64,000 bases of DNA from a virus. This document shows positions 10,327 through 20,549 of this stretch, piece after piece. The translations under genes were made by a program, and so were the position numbers. Numbering within the stretch: the first letter of the stretch is position 1; each line of letters starts with the position of its first letter. The DNA lies in the IMG/VR virus record IMGVR_UViG_3300006735_000030, positions 4,803-68,802 of that record; one strand, written 5' to 3'. Below the pieces are notes generated by a model. It did no database searches and was not told where the DNA came from. It worked only from the letters and a program-made list of their open reading frames with translations.

Positions 10327-11107
10327 ATTCCCTCATTGGATGCATTTCTGAAACTTCTCCACGTTGACATTCATATATGTATTTTGAATCAACGTATGTA
10401 CCACTTAAATAGGTTATCTTATCAGTACCAAATACAACATTCATTTTATAACACACTAATGCTGGAAATAGATTACCAAAAGAACCTAAACCTTTTGTAC
10501 CTCTGTAATGTGGTTCATCAGTAGGACACCACTCATCAGCTTTAGTTAGTGGTGGAATATATGCTTCTTGTCTTGGTTCAAAACCACCCATCTCTTTTAC
10601 ACTACCAGCAGTCATACAAATAAAAGATGGTCTAACTTTAGCTATAGGTCGTTGTTTATCAAACATATGTTGATTTTCTTCTTTGACATAATCTTTGAAG
10701 TAAGCTCCATCAAACTGCTCTGTTATACCAATCTCTGTTTTTTTGAATGGGTCAAAATTATCACCATAGTCTCTACCATTACCAATAACCTTATAACCAC
10801 TTGCTAAAGCGTCAACACAAATTTGTATAAACTCAAAATCTTTTATGATTAAATCATCGTGTAAAAAGAAACAAACTACTTCTTCATCCAAATCAAGAAA
10901 GTCTACGGCTTGGTCAAAAGCTCCACACTCTTCACCACCATTAAAAAATACTCTATAATCAAATCTACCTTTGATTGATTCTGGTGGTTCTCTATGACAA
11001 GACCAAAAGACATTAACGTCTTCATTCATCTCTTTTAAATCATATAGAGCTTGTATTGTATTTTCTTGATTGAAATGCCATCCTGTAACTATAAATTGTA
11101 TTTTCAT
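10319..11107 (-). CDS. Putative GT-A fold glycosyltransferase
   Basis: FFLHDDL motif, EMGGFE. Confidence 0.55.
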   Translation of the reverse strand: MKIQFIVTGWHFNQENTIQALYDLKEMNEDVNVFWSCHREPPESIKGRFDYRVFFNGGEECGAFDQAVDFLDLDEEVVCFFLHDDLIIKDFEFIQICVDALASGYKVIGNGRDYGDNFDPFKKTEIGITEQFDGAYFKDYVKEENQHMFDKQRPIAKVRPSFICMTAGSVKEMGGFEPRQEAYIPPLTKADEWCPTDEPHYRGTKGLGSFGNLFPALVCYKMNVVFGTDKITYLSGTYVDSKYIYECQRGEVSEMHPMREYE

Positions 11108-11142
11108 AAGATAACCTTTATTATAAGTATATTCTGATATTG

Positions 11143-13662
11143 CTAAACGTTCAACTTTTCTTCACACAATCTAATATTTTGTCGAACATTTTCTTGGTCA
11201 ACACCCATTGGATTTTCTAACAACTTATTAGCGTAATCAATACCCTCTTGATATTTTCCAGCGTAATAACAATTAACTATGTGACAATCGTATGCTTTAA
11301 ATGATTTGTCTGGGTAAATTTCAAAATGTAGTATGTAACTTCTGTTTGGGAATGGAAACTTATTTTTAACTATTATCTTAGACCAACGATAAGATATGTC
11401 ATGTTCACCAGTATTGTAATAGTGTTGAACTATTTCCCATAAGGTTTCATTTCTGTCTGGACAATAATGGTAACCTTTAACTAACCACTTCATAGCTTCA
11501 TCCCAATCTTCTCTATCTTGGTAAGTCAATCCAAGTAGATAACAACAATAAAAGTTAAGTTCGGCGTGTTCTGATTTTTCCATGAATTTTTTTAAATACC
11601 AAATCATACGTTCTTGGTAATGTTCATTTTGTTTTTCACCATATGGTAATTTATCACCAAAACTTCTACCAATCGAATCAAAATAAGATTTACCAATATG
11701 ATACAAGTGATACATATCATCTGGACTTTCTAACATTTGTTTTTCTAACTCTAAAGCATCTTTGATAAATTTATAGTCTTCTGTCCAAGTATCTCCACCA
11801 GGTAGTAATACGTGTCTGAAAGATTCTGGTAAATTATCATAGTATGGTTCTTGATTATCACAATGTATAGTTTCATGTCTTTTATCTAATGCGAAATACC
11901 AATCTAATTTTGCACTCCACAACCAAGTTCTACTATATCTTACATTACCAGAAAATGTTGGTACATTCCAAGCGTCAGCTGTTTTCATTATGTTCCAATC
12001 AAAATCTTCATCTACTTCTAATATCTCATCTGCATCCATTCTCAGTATAAAGTCACATCCATGATTTATTGATAAACATTTTTGTAATGTATCATTTCTA
12101 TTCCAACCTGGATACTTCCACTCTGTTTCATAAACAAGTCCAGGTATACCAGTTTCTTTAGCCCATCTTTCGACTTTACTTTTTGTATCATCACCACCAT
12201 TACATTGAATAACAAAATAATCAATGTATGGTGTTACCGAATCTAACATTCTTCTGATAACTTTTGTTTCGTTACCAAACATACAATTCATTACTATTTT
12301 TACATCTTTAGGTACTTTGTTTACATCAATAACTTCTATCTCTTCACCAACACGAGAAATATAATTTACGTAACCCTCTTCGTCACCATATTTTGGAGAT
12401 AATTCGGTGGTGTCCTCATCATAATCTGGGTTAGCACCAAAGTAAAAGTTGATGTTGCTGCATCCCGTATCATCATTCCAAGTCCAGTCTTTAACTCCAA
12501 GCTCTTCAAACCTATCTTTAATCTTTTTATCATAATACTCCTGCATTAATCTAACGTGTCTTTGAACGTCATAAGCTCTTCTACCAGGTTTCTCACCAAA
12601 ACTATCTTTTGGTTTTATTGAACAATCTAATTGTACATAATGAAATTTTGGTATATGAATCATTTTTGTTTCTAAAAACGTTCTAACTATTATATCATAA
12701 TCATCTGTAGCACAATAATGTGGATTATGTCCACCTATTTTCATGTAAACATCTTTTCTCCAAGCTTTAGGATGGTTTAGACTACTCCACAATTTTCTGA
12801 TTGATAATGGATTTACATTTGGTGCTCCATGTACCCACACACCATCAACATCATATCGTTTACCATAACCAAATCCCCATCCTTCTCCATAATCCTTATA
12901 TTCACCAGTCTCTTCTACTTGTTCTACCCAATCAGAGAATGCAAATCCAGCGTCTGGAAACTCATTGAAAGCATATACGTAATCTTCAAGACATTTTGGA
13001 AGTAACATATCATCATCGTCTAACTCAAGAATATACTCTCCATGACAATTAGAGGCGGCTACAAATTTATTGTGACCTATACTTGAAGTCTTATGTTTTT
13101 TGTAACTACGATATAATCTAACTCTAAAATCTTTGTCTGCTATATCTGTTAATATATCCCACGTTTCATTGTCTGTCGAATCATCATATATTACCCATTC
13201 CCAATTTCTGTATGTTTGTTCTTTTAGTGAGTTGTAAGCATTAAATATATTAGTCTTTATGTTGTAAGTTGATGTAAATACTGATATTAACTTATTTTTT
13301 GTAACATTTGAACTTACCTTTATGTAGTGTTTAGCTAAAATATTTCCCATCTCTTCAGTAACTTCATTGAAGTGTAAACATTTTTCTCTCCAATACCTTG
13401 GTAAATTTTTTACGTTTTTAAAATTATCTTCTGAACCAATACAACATATAACATCTGGATTTTCTTTTGTTATAATCTCATCAACTTTAGAATCATCAAG
13501 ATTACAAATAGTATCTATCATACTCATTTCACCATAACGATGATTTGTTATCGTTTTTAACTCTAATTCTTCTAAACCAAATACAGCTACTGTAATTATT
13601 CTATCATTTAATTTAGTTTCATCGTAAGTATAAAAGATACCTCTATGTTCAAACTCTGCCAT
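11143..13662 (-). CDS. Multidomain glycosyltransferase: GT2 + GT2 + TPR
   Basis: ISVFTSTYN...YDDSTD...ELDDDD; second domain LRMDADE...RHE; C-terminal TPR-like helices. Confidence 0.85.
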   Translation of the reverse strand: MAEFEHRGIFYTYDETKLNDRIITVAVFGLEELELKTITNHRYGEMSMIDTICNLDDSKVDEIITKENPDVICCIGSEDNFKNVKNLPRYWREKCLHFNEVTEEMGNILAKHYIKVSSNVTKNKLISVFTSTYNIKTNIFNAYNSLKEQTYRNWEWVIYDDSTDNETWDILTDIADKDFRVRLYRSYKKHKTSSIGHNKFVAASNCHGEYILELDDDDMLLPKCLEDYVYAFNEFPDAGFAFSDWVEQVEETGEYKDYGEGWGFGYGKRYDVDGVWVHGAPNVNPLSIRKLWSSLNHPKAWRKDVYMKIGGHNPHYCATDDYDIIVRTFLETKMIHIPKFHYVQLDCSIKPKDSFGEKPGRRAYDVQRHVRLMQEYYDKKIKDRFEELGVKDWTWNDDTGCSNINFYFGANPDYDEDTTELSPKYGDEEGYVNYISRVGEEIEVIDVNKVPKDVKIVMNCMFGNETKVIRRMLDSVTPYIDYFVIQCNGGDDTKSKVERWAKETGIPGLVYETEWKYPGWNRNDTLQKCLSINHGCDFILRMDADEILEVDEDFDWNIMKTADAWNVPTFSGNVRYSRTWLWSAKLDWYFALDKRHETIHCDNQEPYYDNLPESFRHVLLPGGDTWTEDYKFIKDALELEKQMLESPDDMYHLYHIGKSYFDSIGRSFGDKLPYGEKQNEHYQERMIWYLKKFMEKSEHAELNFYCCYLLGLTYQDREDWDEAMKWLVKGYHYCPDRNETLWEIVQHYYNTGEHDISYRWSKIIVKNKFPFPNRSYILHFEIYPDKSFKAYDCHIVNCYYAGKYQEGIDYANKLLENPMGVDQENVRQNIRLCEEKLNV

Positions 13663-15152
13663 TATATAAACTCCAATCTACTTATACCAATTCCAAGTTC
13701 ACCCTTTAATGAATACAATAAGTAATCATCGTAAATACACGGGTCTCTAAGTTCTTTTACAGCTCCACCACCATAAACAGTAGATGAACCTGGTTTAGAT
13801 GTTGTCAATGGTAAATTACCACCTTCCCATTCTTCTGTTGGTTTTACAAGAACTTCAAGTCTTTTTGGCTCCCACGTGTCTAAATCAAGTTCTAAAACTT
13901 TAATTGATTCTGGTGTATCTCCAATTGTGGTGTAAAATAAAAATAAAATATTTTCCTTGACAAGACAAGCTGTATGTCGTATATTTGGTAGTAAGTTAAA
14001 CATTGGTTTAAATTCACCTTCCCAACTATCAGATTCATAAACTATACCATCAATGTTTTTGTTTTTAGCTATAGAATAAAACTTGTCTTTGTATTTAAAT
14101 ACTCTGAAATAAAATTCACCTAATACTTTATTATCCGTTTCAAAATTTATACCATCATTTGACCAACTGATAAATGATTTTTGACCACCTTCTATGTCTC
14201 CATGATAATACATAATTATTCTTTTTGACTCTTCATCAATGTGTACGTCTGGACTAGCGATATGTGATATACAATTTGTTTGGTCTTTTTGTAATGTACC
14301 TGGATGATGTACTTTGTATGGCCCTTCTACATTATCAGAATAAGCTAGTCTTATATACTGACCACCATGATGTCCAAAATATAGATAGTATTTACCAAGT
14401 GGATTTTCTACCCAATCTGGAACTTTGATTAATGATGGGCCATTTATATTGTTTCCTTGGTTAAGTTCCATCATGTGCGGTTCTATAATTGGATGTAGTT
14501 TTTTAACATTAAATCTAGCATTAAATGTATAACCATGATATTGTATATCTTCTCTAAAGAAATTTGTAATTCTCTCTATGGTATCTTCGTCATTGTAAAA
14601 TGTACTATAATGTTTTTTCTTTCTGAATCCACTTTTTTTATTGGACAACGGGGTAGTTGGTATATTTAACTTGTTACAAATGTATTCATAATCTTGTTGT
14701 AAGTTTTCATACCTACCAACAAAGTCAAGTTGACTTTTACCATCTCCAAGATAGATGTAAGGTTTATCTGTGATTTCCATATCACCTTTTGTCCACTCTG
14801 TAAAATCTTCTACTGAAGTATCTTTACCTCTTTTATTCCAATGGTAACGTGATACAGCTATATCATATGGATTTCTAACGAAACCAAATTTAAAATAATC
14901 CAACCAAGTATCCCATCCATAGTTATCAATAAACCATTGGTGTGTTTCACGTAAAGGTGGATGTGGATGGTTGGTAAAAAACTTATCCATATTTAGACCA
15001 GTAGAATGTGTCTCGTCATCTATACCATCTTGATACTGACCAGTTATAATATCATCTTCACCACAATGTTTTGCTAAAGTAACTTGAATACTTGAACCAG
15101 CAGTCTTTTTACTTTTAAAGAAAATAAACTTGTGTTTATGTGAGATAATCAT
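13662..15152 (-). CDS. Sulfotransferase fused to glycosidase-like beta-propeller
   Basis: KTAGSS and FVRNPYD..VSRY PAPS-binding motifs; C-terminal NGPSLIKVPDW...YYLYF, ASPDV, LRDP propeller motifs. Confidence 0.75.
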   Translation of the reverse strand: MIISHKHKFIFFKSKKTAGSSIQVTLAKHCGEDDIITGQYQDGIDDETHSTGLNMDKFFTNHPHPPLRETHQWFIDNYGWDTWLDYFKFGFVRNPYDIAVSRYHWNKRGKDTSVEDFTEWTKGDMEITDKPYIYLGDGKSQLDFVGRYENLQQDYEYICNKLNIPTTPLSNKKSGFRKKKHYSTFYNDEDTIERITNFFREDIQYHGYTFNARFNVKKLHPIIEPHMMELNQGNNINGPSLIKVPDWVENPLGKYYLYFGHHGGQYIRLAYSDNVEGPYKVHHPGTLQKDQTNCISHIASPDVHIDEESKRIIMYYHGDIEGGQKSFISWSNDGINFETDNKVLGEFYFRVFKYKDKFYSIAKNKNIDGIVYESDSWEGEFKPMFNLLPNIRHTACLVKENILFLFYTTIGDTPESIKVLELDLDTWEPKRLEVLVKPTEEWEGGNLPLTTSKPGSSTVYGGGAVKELRDPCIYDDYLLYSLKGELGIGISRLEFI

Positions 15153-15153
15153 A

Positions 15154-16500
15154 CTAAAATTTATGTTCTAACTTATATACAAATTTGTTATCAACTTTTA
15201 TTTCTTCAAACCCAAGTGATTTACATAGATTTCTTGAACCATCGTTATAGTCATTCGTTCTAGCAAAATGAAAAATATTTCTGTCTGGCCAATAAGTATC
15301 ACTTCTTGTCATACTTCTAAAATCAACAAGATGTGTCATTGGACGACCTTCCTTGTCAAAGAAAGAATTAACTTGTGTTAAAAAATCCATATTCATTTTC
15401 AAGAACTTTTTAGCTATACCCATCTTCTGATAATCTTTTCTTACAACATAATTGTGTATAAAAGATATAGTACCATCGTAGGTATCTTCTTCAAAAAGTT
15501 CAAGAGTAACACCTATAGCTTTGTAATTAGATAAGAATGAGGCTATAACTTGATTGTCTTTCTTGGATAGTAAAAATATTGGTGGTGAAAGTCCATCACA
15601 TTGTTGTGACATTTGTTCGGCATATTCTTCCTCACTAAGAGCTTGTCTGTCTGGTTTCCAAGTTTCAAGTTCTTCGTCAAGTGATGATAAAAATTGTGTC
15701 CACATATCGGCACTTATTTTATTTGTCATTACGTATGGTGAATCTGAAAAATACAACTTTGTTTTCTCTAACCAATACCAAGTCTTGTAAGAGTTACTAT
15801 TTACTGGTATTGCATTAAAGTGATAAACCCAACCCAACTTTGTAAACAACATATCCTCTCTCAATATTTCTTTTCTATGTAAATCTTGCATATTCCATTT
15901 GTAAGGTAGTAACTTCAAATCAACATTGTTTTTTTGTACAAAGAAGTTTATCATTGGTTGGTCTGTACCAACACCATAATTTTTCTGAATACCACTTACG
16001 AGCTCCTGGTTTGTCAAGTAAAATTCAAGTATATCTTTGAACAAAGTTTTATGTTCCTTGTTTACAACCATTACACCAGAATTAAAATACTCAGACCAAT
16101 CAAACATATAACCTTCAAATACGTGTTTAGAGTAAGTTTCCATACTTCTCATTACCCAATCATAACTACCATCATTATGTACGGCACAAAATTTATTATC
16201 TGTTTCTTCAAATATATTTGGAGCATCTGGGTGTATGTATGTATCAGAATCAACTATTAAAACTTGGTCATATTCTATACCACTATTTTCTAACAAATCA
16301 AATACAAGTAATTTGTGCCAATTTGGATTCATAACTTTTTTGTCATAAACCCATTGGTCTAATATAAAAACTTCACAATCATTCTTTTTTGCCCATACTT
16401 TCCAACTATCTATTGATACTTGATATGGTTTACATCTTCTTGGATTATCTGGATTTTCTATATTTACTGTAAAAACTATATTAGACATATTGACCTCCAA
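15154..16500 (-). CDS. GT8/GT34-like glycosyltransferase with C-terminal GNAT-like domain
   Basis: VDSD, YFNSGV, TDQ, WNMQ, HF motifs; VRKDYQKMGIA acetyl-CoA motif and LGFE. Confidence 0.75.
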   Translation of the reverse strand: MEVNMSNIVFTVNIENPDNPRRCKPYQVSIDSWKVWAKKNDCEVFILDQWVYDKKVMNPNWHKLLVFDLLENSGIEYDQVLIVDSDTYIHPDAPNIFEETDNKFCAVHNDGSYDWVMRSMETYSKHVFEGYMFDWSEYFNSGVMVVNKEHKTLFKDILEFYLTNQELVSGIQKNYGVGTDQPMINFFVQKNNVDLKLLPYKWNMQDLHRKEILREDMLFTKLGWVYHFNAIPVNSNSYKTWYWLEKTKLYFSDSPYVMTNKISADMWTQFLSSLDEELETWKPDRQALSEEEYAEQMSQQCDGLSPPIFLLSKKDNQVIASFLSNYKAIGVTLELFEEDTYDGTISFIHNYVVRKDYQKMGIAKKFLKMNMDFLTQVNSFFDKEGRPMTHLVDFRSMTRSDTYWPDRNIFHFARTNDYNDGSRNLCKSLGFEEIKVDNKFVYKLEHKF

Positions 16501-17230
16501 ATCTTTCCCAAGTTATTCTCATCAGTTCTATTCTATCTTGTACACTTATACCAGTAAAGTGCCATATGTTACCATACTTTACAAAAAATGGTGTTGGGTC
16601 TTCTATTATTTGCCAATTACCAGCTAACATTTCTTTTTTATGCATTGAAAATAGATTCCACGTTGGTGGTAACAACTTTGGTGTTATATTATTTTTGACC
16701 AAATGATAGTTTAAAATTGTTTGTTCTTTACCACCACCCTTATTCCAATTGTCAAGTTCTTCTTGATTGTCAAAGTAGAAATCCAATATCTCTTTGAATA
16801 TGTGTAAATGTTTTTTATGAAAAAATAGGACACCAGCATTAATATACTGATAGTAATCAATCTCCAAGTTTGGAAAGAACTTACCATACGCTTTTATACT
16901 ATCGTCCATCCACGTCATATTAGCTATATCATTTACTCCACAAAAATCTTCATCGAATAAATCAAATGGATTGGGTGAATCCCATTTCACCATTGTGTCC
17001 GAATCTACAAGACCTATTTTATCGTAACCTTCAGCTCTTTCATAGATTAGTTCTTTATTCCAAATAGGTTTACCAAATCTTTCATCATGTTCGGTGATAA
17101 CTTGTAAGTCTACGTTGTTTTTCTCACACCAATATTTCCAAGTGTTTAAACAATATTGACTATAACTACTATTTTTATATGTTGAACTTGGGTGGTCTAT
17201 TGTAACTATGTAAATTAAATTTTTACCCAT
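16481..17230 (-). CDS. GT8/GT34-like glycosyltransferase
   Basis: VDSD, YINAGV, EQTILN, WN, WHF; paralog of downstream gene. Confidence 0.8.
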   Translation of the reverse strand: MGKNLIYIVTIDHPSSTYKNSSYSQYCLNTWKYWCEKNNVDLQVITEHDERFGKPIWNKELIYERAEGYDKIGLVDSDTMVKWDSPNPFDLFDEDFCGVNDIANMTWMDDSIKAYGKFFPNLEIDYYQYINAGVLFFHKKHLHIFKEILDFYFDNQEELDNWNKGGGKEQTILNYHLVKNNITPKLLPPTWNLFSMHKKEMLAGNWQIIEDPTPFFVKYGNIWHFTGISVQDRIELMRITWERFGGQYV

Positions 17231-17882
17231 TTTTCCTCACTAATAAGTCTCTACTGAAATTATCCATGTAGAATTTGTTTTGTTGTTCTTGTTTTTCTTT
17301 TGTCTTTGGATGATACAAACTCAATTCCTCTTGTGGTGGTAAGTGAGCATATGTTTTAGCACCAGTAATCAATTCGTGTAATGGTCTTACCCATTTTATA
17401 TCTTCATGATTACGAAATACTCTAGCTTGATAGTCTGGATAATTTACCCATCCTTGTTCTGTAACTCTCCAACCCCATTTTTGTACATCTTGTTCTGTAA
17501 AACCATCAACAGTATTTACTCGTGGTATCCATATCAAATCTACGTCATTAATATCTAATATTGTTTTTAATTGTAGTAATAATATTTCATGTGGATACTC
17601 ATCTGCATCAATGTGGAAAATATAGTCACCAGTTGAATTTTCAATAACCGAGTTTTTGTGAGCTGCAAAATCACCATCAAGTTTTCGTTGGTACACTTTT
17701 ATCATCTTAGAGTCAGCATATTGTTGAGTCCAAGATTGTAAAACCATATCAACCGCATCATCTTTCCCATCAACACAGATTACTATCTCGTCTTCTGGGT
17801 CTGTCTTATGTACTAATATTTCTAATAACCTATTTAACTCATCGGATTCATTATGAACCGTGATACCATAACTAATTTTCAA
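17223..17882 (-). CDS. GT2-family glycosyltransferase
   Basis: DFAAHKN, HIDADE, PDYQAR, W...LHE. Confidence 0.88.
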   Translation of the reverse strand: MKISYGITVHNESDELNRLLEILVHKTDPEDEIVICVDGKDDAVDMVLQSWTQQYADSKMIKVYQRKLDGDFAAHKNSVIENSTGDYIFHIDADEYPHEILLLQLKTILDINDVDLIWIPRVNTVDGFTEQDVQKWGWRVTEQGWVNYPDYQARVFRNHEDIKWVRPLHELITGAKTYAHLPPQEELSLYHPKTKEKQEQQNKFYMDNFSRDLLVRKNG

Positions 17883-18574
17883 GTTAATTTTCCTTGTGCT
17901 TTTCTTCTTAATAATTTTTCTTTTTCGACACCGAGTTTGTCAAGTTCTACTCGTAATTTTTTAGCTGAATCTTCACCAAGTTCTTCATTCATCAATTGTT
18001 GTTCTACGTCATCCATTTTTTCTTCTACATCATTTAATTTATCTAAGACAGTAACTCTTGGTGGTAAATCTTTTTCATTGAAAATACTACCATAGTCAAA
18101 GTCAACTAAATTTATTTCTTTGTAATTTTTTAAGGTATATGTTTTCCAAACTCCCTTAACTTCTTGGATAAAATCTCTGATGTATTTATTGAACGTAATT
18201 GAACCATCTCGTATACCTTCTCCCATCTTGACTCTCATATAAGTAAACTCACCAGTATTGGTAAATTCAAGTCCACCGACTTTTCTAATCAATCTCTTTA
18301 AAACTTGTGGATATAAATTATCCAAATCAAATACATACAATTTTCTTTCTTGAATAGCACCTCTAAATGGCACCCAATCCAATACCAAAGAAACTTTATA
18401 TTTTATTTTACCAGTACTTTGTGATTTATACTTTCCTATAATCATATCACCTCTACGAATCATATTTCTTCGTATTAGTTCTCTTTTTAGGAATTTTGTT
18501 CTATACGATGCCGCTAGCCCCACTATTAGTCTCCAAGTTTTGTTTGACAAGACCCATATCTGTACAAGCTTCAA
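17879..18574 (-). CDS. Hypothetical basic protein
   Basis: 231-aa ORF; start uncertain because it overlaps the upstream gene. Confidence 0.5.
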   Translation of the reverse strand: MKLVQIWVLSNKTWRLIVGLAASYRTKFLKRELIRRNMIRRGDMIIGKYKSQSTGKIKYKVSLVLDWVPFRGAIQERKLYVFDLDNLYPQVLKRLIRKVGGLEFTNTGEFTYMRVKMGEGIRDGSITFNKYIRDFIQEVKGVWKTYTLKNYKEINLVDFDYGSIFNEKDLPPRVTVLDKLNDVEEKMDDVEQQLMNEELGEDSAKKLRVELDKLGVEKEKLLRRKAQGKLT

Positions 18575-19010
18575 GAAACTCGAATTGACCGAATCTCTTA
18601 GCTCCTTCGGTATCTAATCGTGATTCATAGAACTCACCATCTTTACCTGGTACAGGATAATTTTTTCTATCTTCCTCTGGTATAAATATCACTTTAGCGT
18701 ATCTCCAGTACCATTCTTCTCTTGTTCCTTCTGGAAATATTATACCTCTTGGCCCCATATTGATAACTGATGGATACCAATATATTTGTCGTTCTTCATC
18801 AAAAAATTCTAAATCTTTGACTATATCTGCGGTTGTCTCTAATTGTTGAGCTCTTTGTTTAGATTCTTTTGTGTAATATGAGTTTGATGTAAACCCACAA
18901 TGGAAACATAAATAACTTTTAAAATCATCTTCTTCTTTTCGTTCTACAGTCTCTTCAAAACATTTTTCTTCAGAAAAACAATTAGGACATTTTATCTTAA
19001 TTTCTGCCAT
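18501..19010 (-). CDS. Zn-finger-containing hypothetical protein
   Basis: CPNC...CFHCG. Confidence 0.6.
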   Translation of the reverse strand: MAEIKIKCPNCFSEEKCFEETVERKEEDDFKSYLCFHCGFTSNSYYTKESKQRAQQLETTADIVKDLEFFDEERQIYWYPSVINMGPRGIIFPEGTREEWYWRYAKVIFIPEEDRKNYPVPGKDGEFYESRLDTEGAKRFGQFEFLEACTDMGLVKQNLETNSGASGIV

Positions 19011-19011
19011 A

Positions 19012-20349
19012 TTACACCTTTGTTAATTTTGGTAATTTAATATCTAAACCACTTGGTTTTGTATCTTCAACTTTTTTCAATTGTGGTAGTTTTAGATTTA
19101 CTTGTTGTGGTTGTTCTTCAAACTTTGGTAAATACTTATCAAGTATTAAACTCAACTCTTTTGTCATGTTTTCTAAACTAAAACTCTTACTATGTAGAGA
19201 TTGTTTTTTAGCTCCTATCAAGTATTTAGCATAGTTTTTAAAAATATCCATCATAACTCTACAAGCATTAGGATAGTTTGTAGTAAACCACTGCATTCCT
19301 TCAACAAACATACCTTCTGGAAAACCCGCAGTTGGTACACTACTCATACTACCTGGTAACAATACAGACATATCCTTTTCTAAGAAATCTGTATGACCAC
19401 TCCAATTTGGAGCTATAACTGGTTTTTCACTCAAACTAGCTTCCAACAATGGTCTACCAAATCCTTCACCATGTGTTAATGAAACATGAGCTTTTACTTT
19501 TGGATGATTATATAATTGATTCATCTCATCATCAGTAAAATCACCATGTAGTACATATATGTTTGGTAGTTCACCATATACGGTTTTACGTATATCTCTA
19601 ATCTTTGAAAGAATCTCTTCTCTATCAATCACAGAAAATGTAGCTCCACTTGTCTTCATTATAAGACCTGGTGCGTTTTTGACGTTCTTAAATGTTTCCA
19701 AAAACGTTTTAACTAACATACCAGTATCTTTTCTATCTTCACCAATATTACCTTGTAACCAATGACCAGTATACAAGAAGTTAAATTTTTCTGGTATCTG
19801 TTCAAACTCCGAAACAATCTCTGGACTAAACTCATTAGTCTTTTTGTAAATGTTTAAATCGGCTCCTTCAAATAAGACTTCTATTGCTTTTTCCAATCTC
19901 AAGTCTGGTCCTTTTTGACCAGTTTGTTGGTCTACTCTTGAAAATGTAGTATTGATAAAACCTTGTTTAGTAAAGCTTGATGGAACTAATAATAAGTCCA
20001 TTCTATTAGCACCTTCTAACCAAGTCTGATGAACTACAGTTGATTCTATACCAGCTGTTATTCCAATGTTATATTTAGCATTAACCATAAATTCATTTGG
20101 TACTACAATATGAAAGTGTATGTCTGGTTGTCTTGGTAACCTTGGTTCTGTCATCAACCTATCAATAATTCTTTTATCTCTTTCGTCATGTTCATCTAAC
20201 GCATTCATTGAACAATTACCCCAACGAACAGACATTATCTTAATGTCAAATTTGTCCATATCAATTAACGAATGAACTATATCTCTACTATGTGAACCAT
20301 AACCACTTCTTGTGGCTACTGGTGCAGTAACTAATACTAATGGTTTCAT
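19012..20349 (-). CDS. GT4-family glycosyltransferase
   Basis: SGYG, EDRKD, HGEGFGRPLLEA...KPVIA. Confidence 0.9.
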   Translation of the reverse strand: MKPLVLVTAPVATRSGYGSHSRDIVHSLIDMDKFDIKIMSVRWGNCSMNALDEHDERDKRIIDRLMTEPRLPRQPDIHFHIVVPNEFMVNAKYNIGITAGIESTVVHQTWLEGANRMDLLLVPSSFTKQGFINTTFSRVDQQTGQKGPDLRLEKAIEVLFEGADLNIYKKTNEFSPEIVSEFEQIPEKFNFLYTGHWLQGNIGEDRKDTGMLVKTFLETFKNVKNAPGLIMKTSGATFSVIDREEILSKIRDIRKTVYGELPNIYVLHGDFTDDEMNQLYNHPKVKAHVSLTHGEGFGRPLLEASLSEKPVIAPNWSGHTDFLEKDMSVLLPGSMSSVPTAGFPEGMFVEGMQWFTTNYPNACRVMMDIFKNYAKYLIGAKKQSLHSKSFSLENMTKELSLILDKYLPKFEEQPQQVNLKLPQLKKVEDTKPSGLDIKLPKLTKV

Positions 20350-20541
20350 TTATCCCCCATATTCCTTTATCATTTCTTCAGCTCTTTCGTATTGTCCATC
20401 ATAACTATTCATATTAAGATACCAACCCTTTTTTCCATTGATACCAACTTTTATATGAGCTACAATTAGTTTAGCTAAATCCTCACTTGGTAAATTTTTT
20501 CTTCGATATTTTTCTATTACATCTTTAATTAATTTTTCCAT
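20350..20541 (-). CDS. Hypothetical protein
   Basis: 63-aa ORF with GGAG RBS. Confidence 0.55.
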   Translation of the reverse strand: MEKLIKDVIEKYRRKNLPSEDLAKLIVAHIKVGINGKKGWYLNMNSYDGQYERAEEMIKEYGG

Positions 20542-20549
20542 GTTAACTC

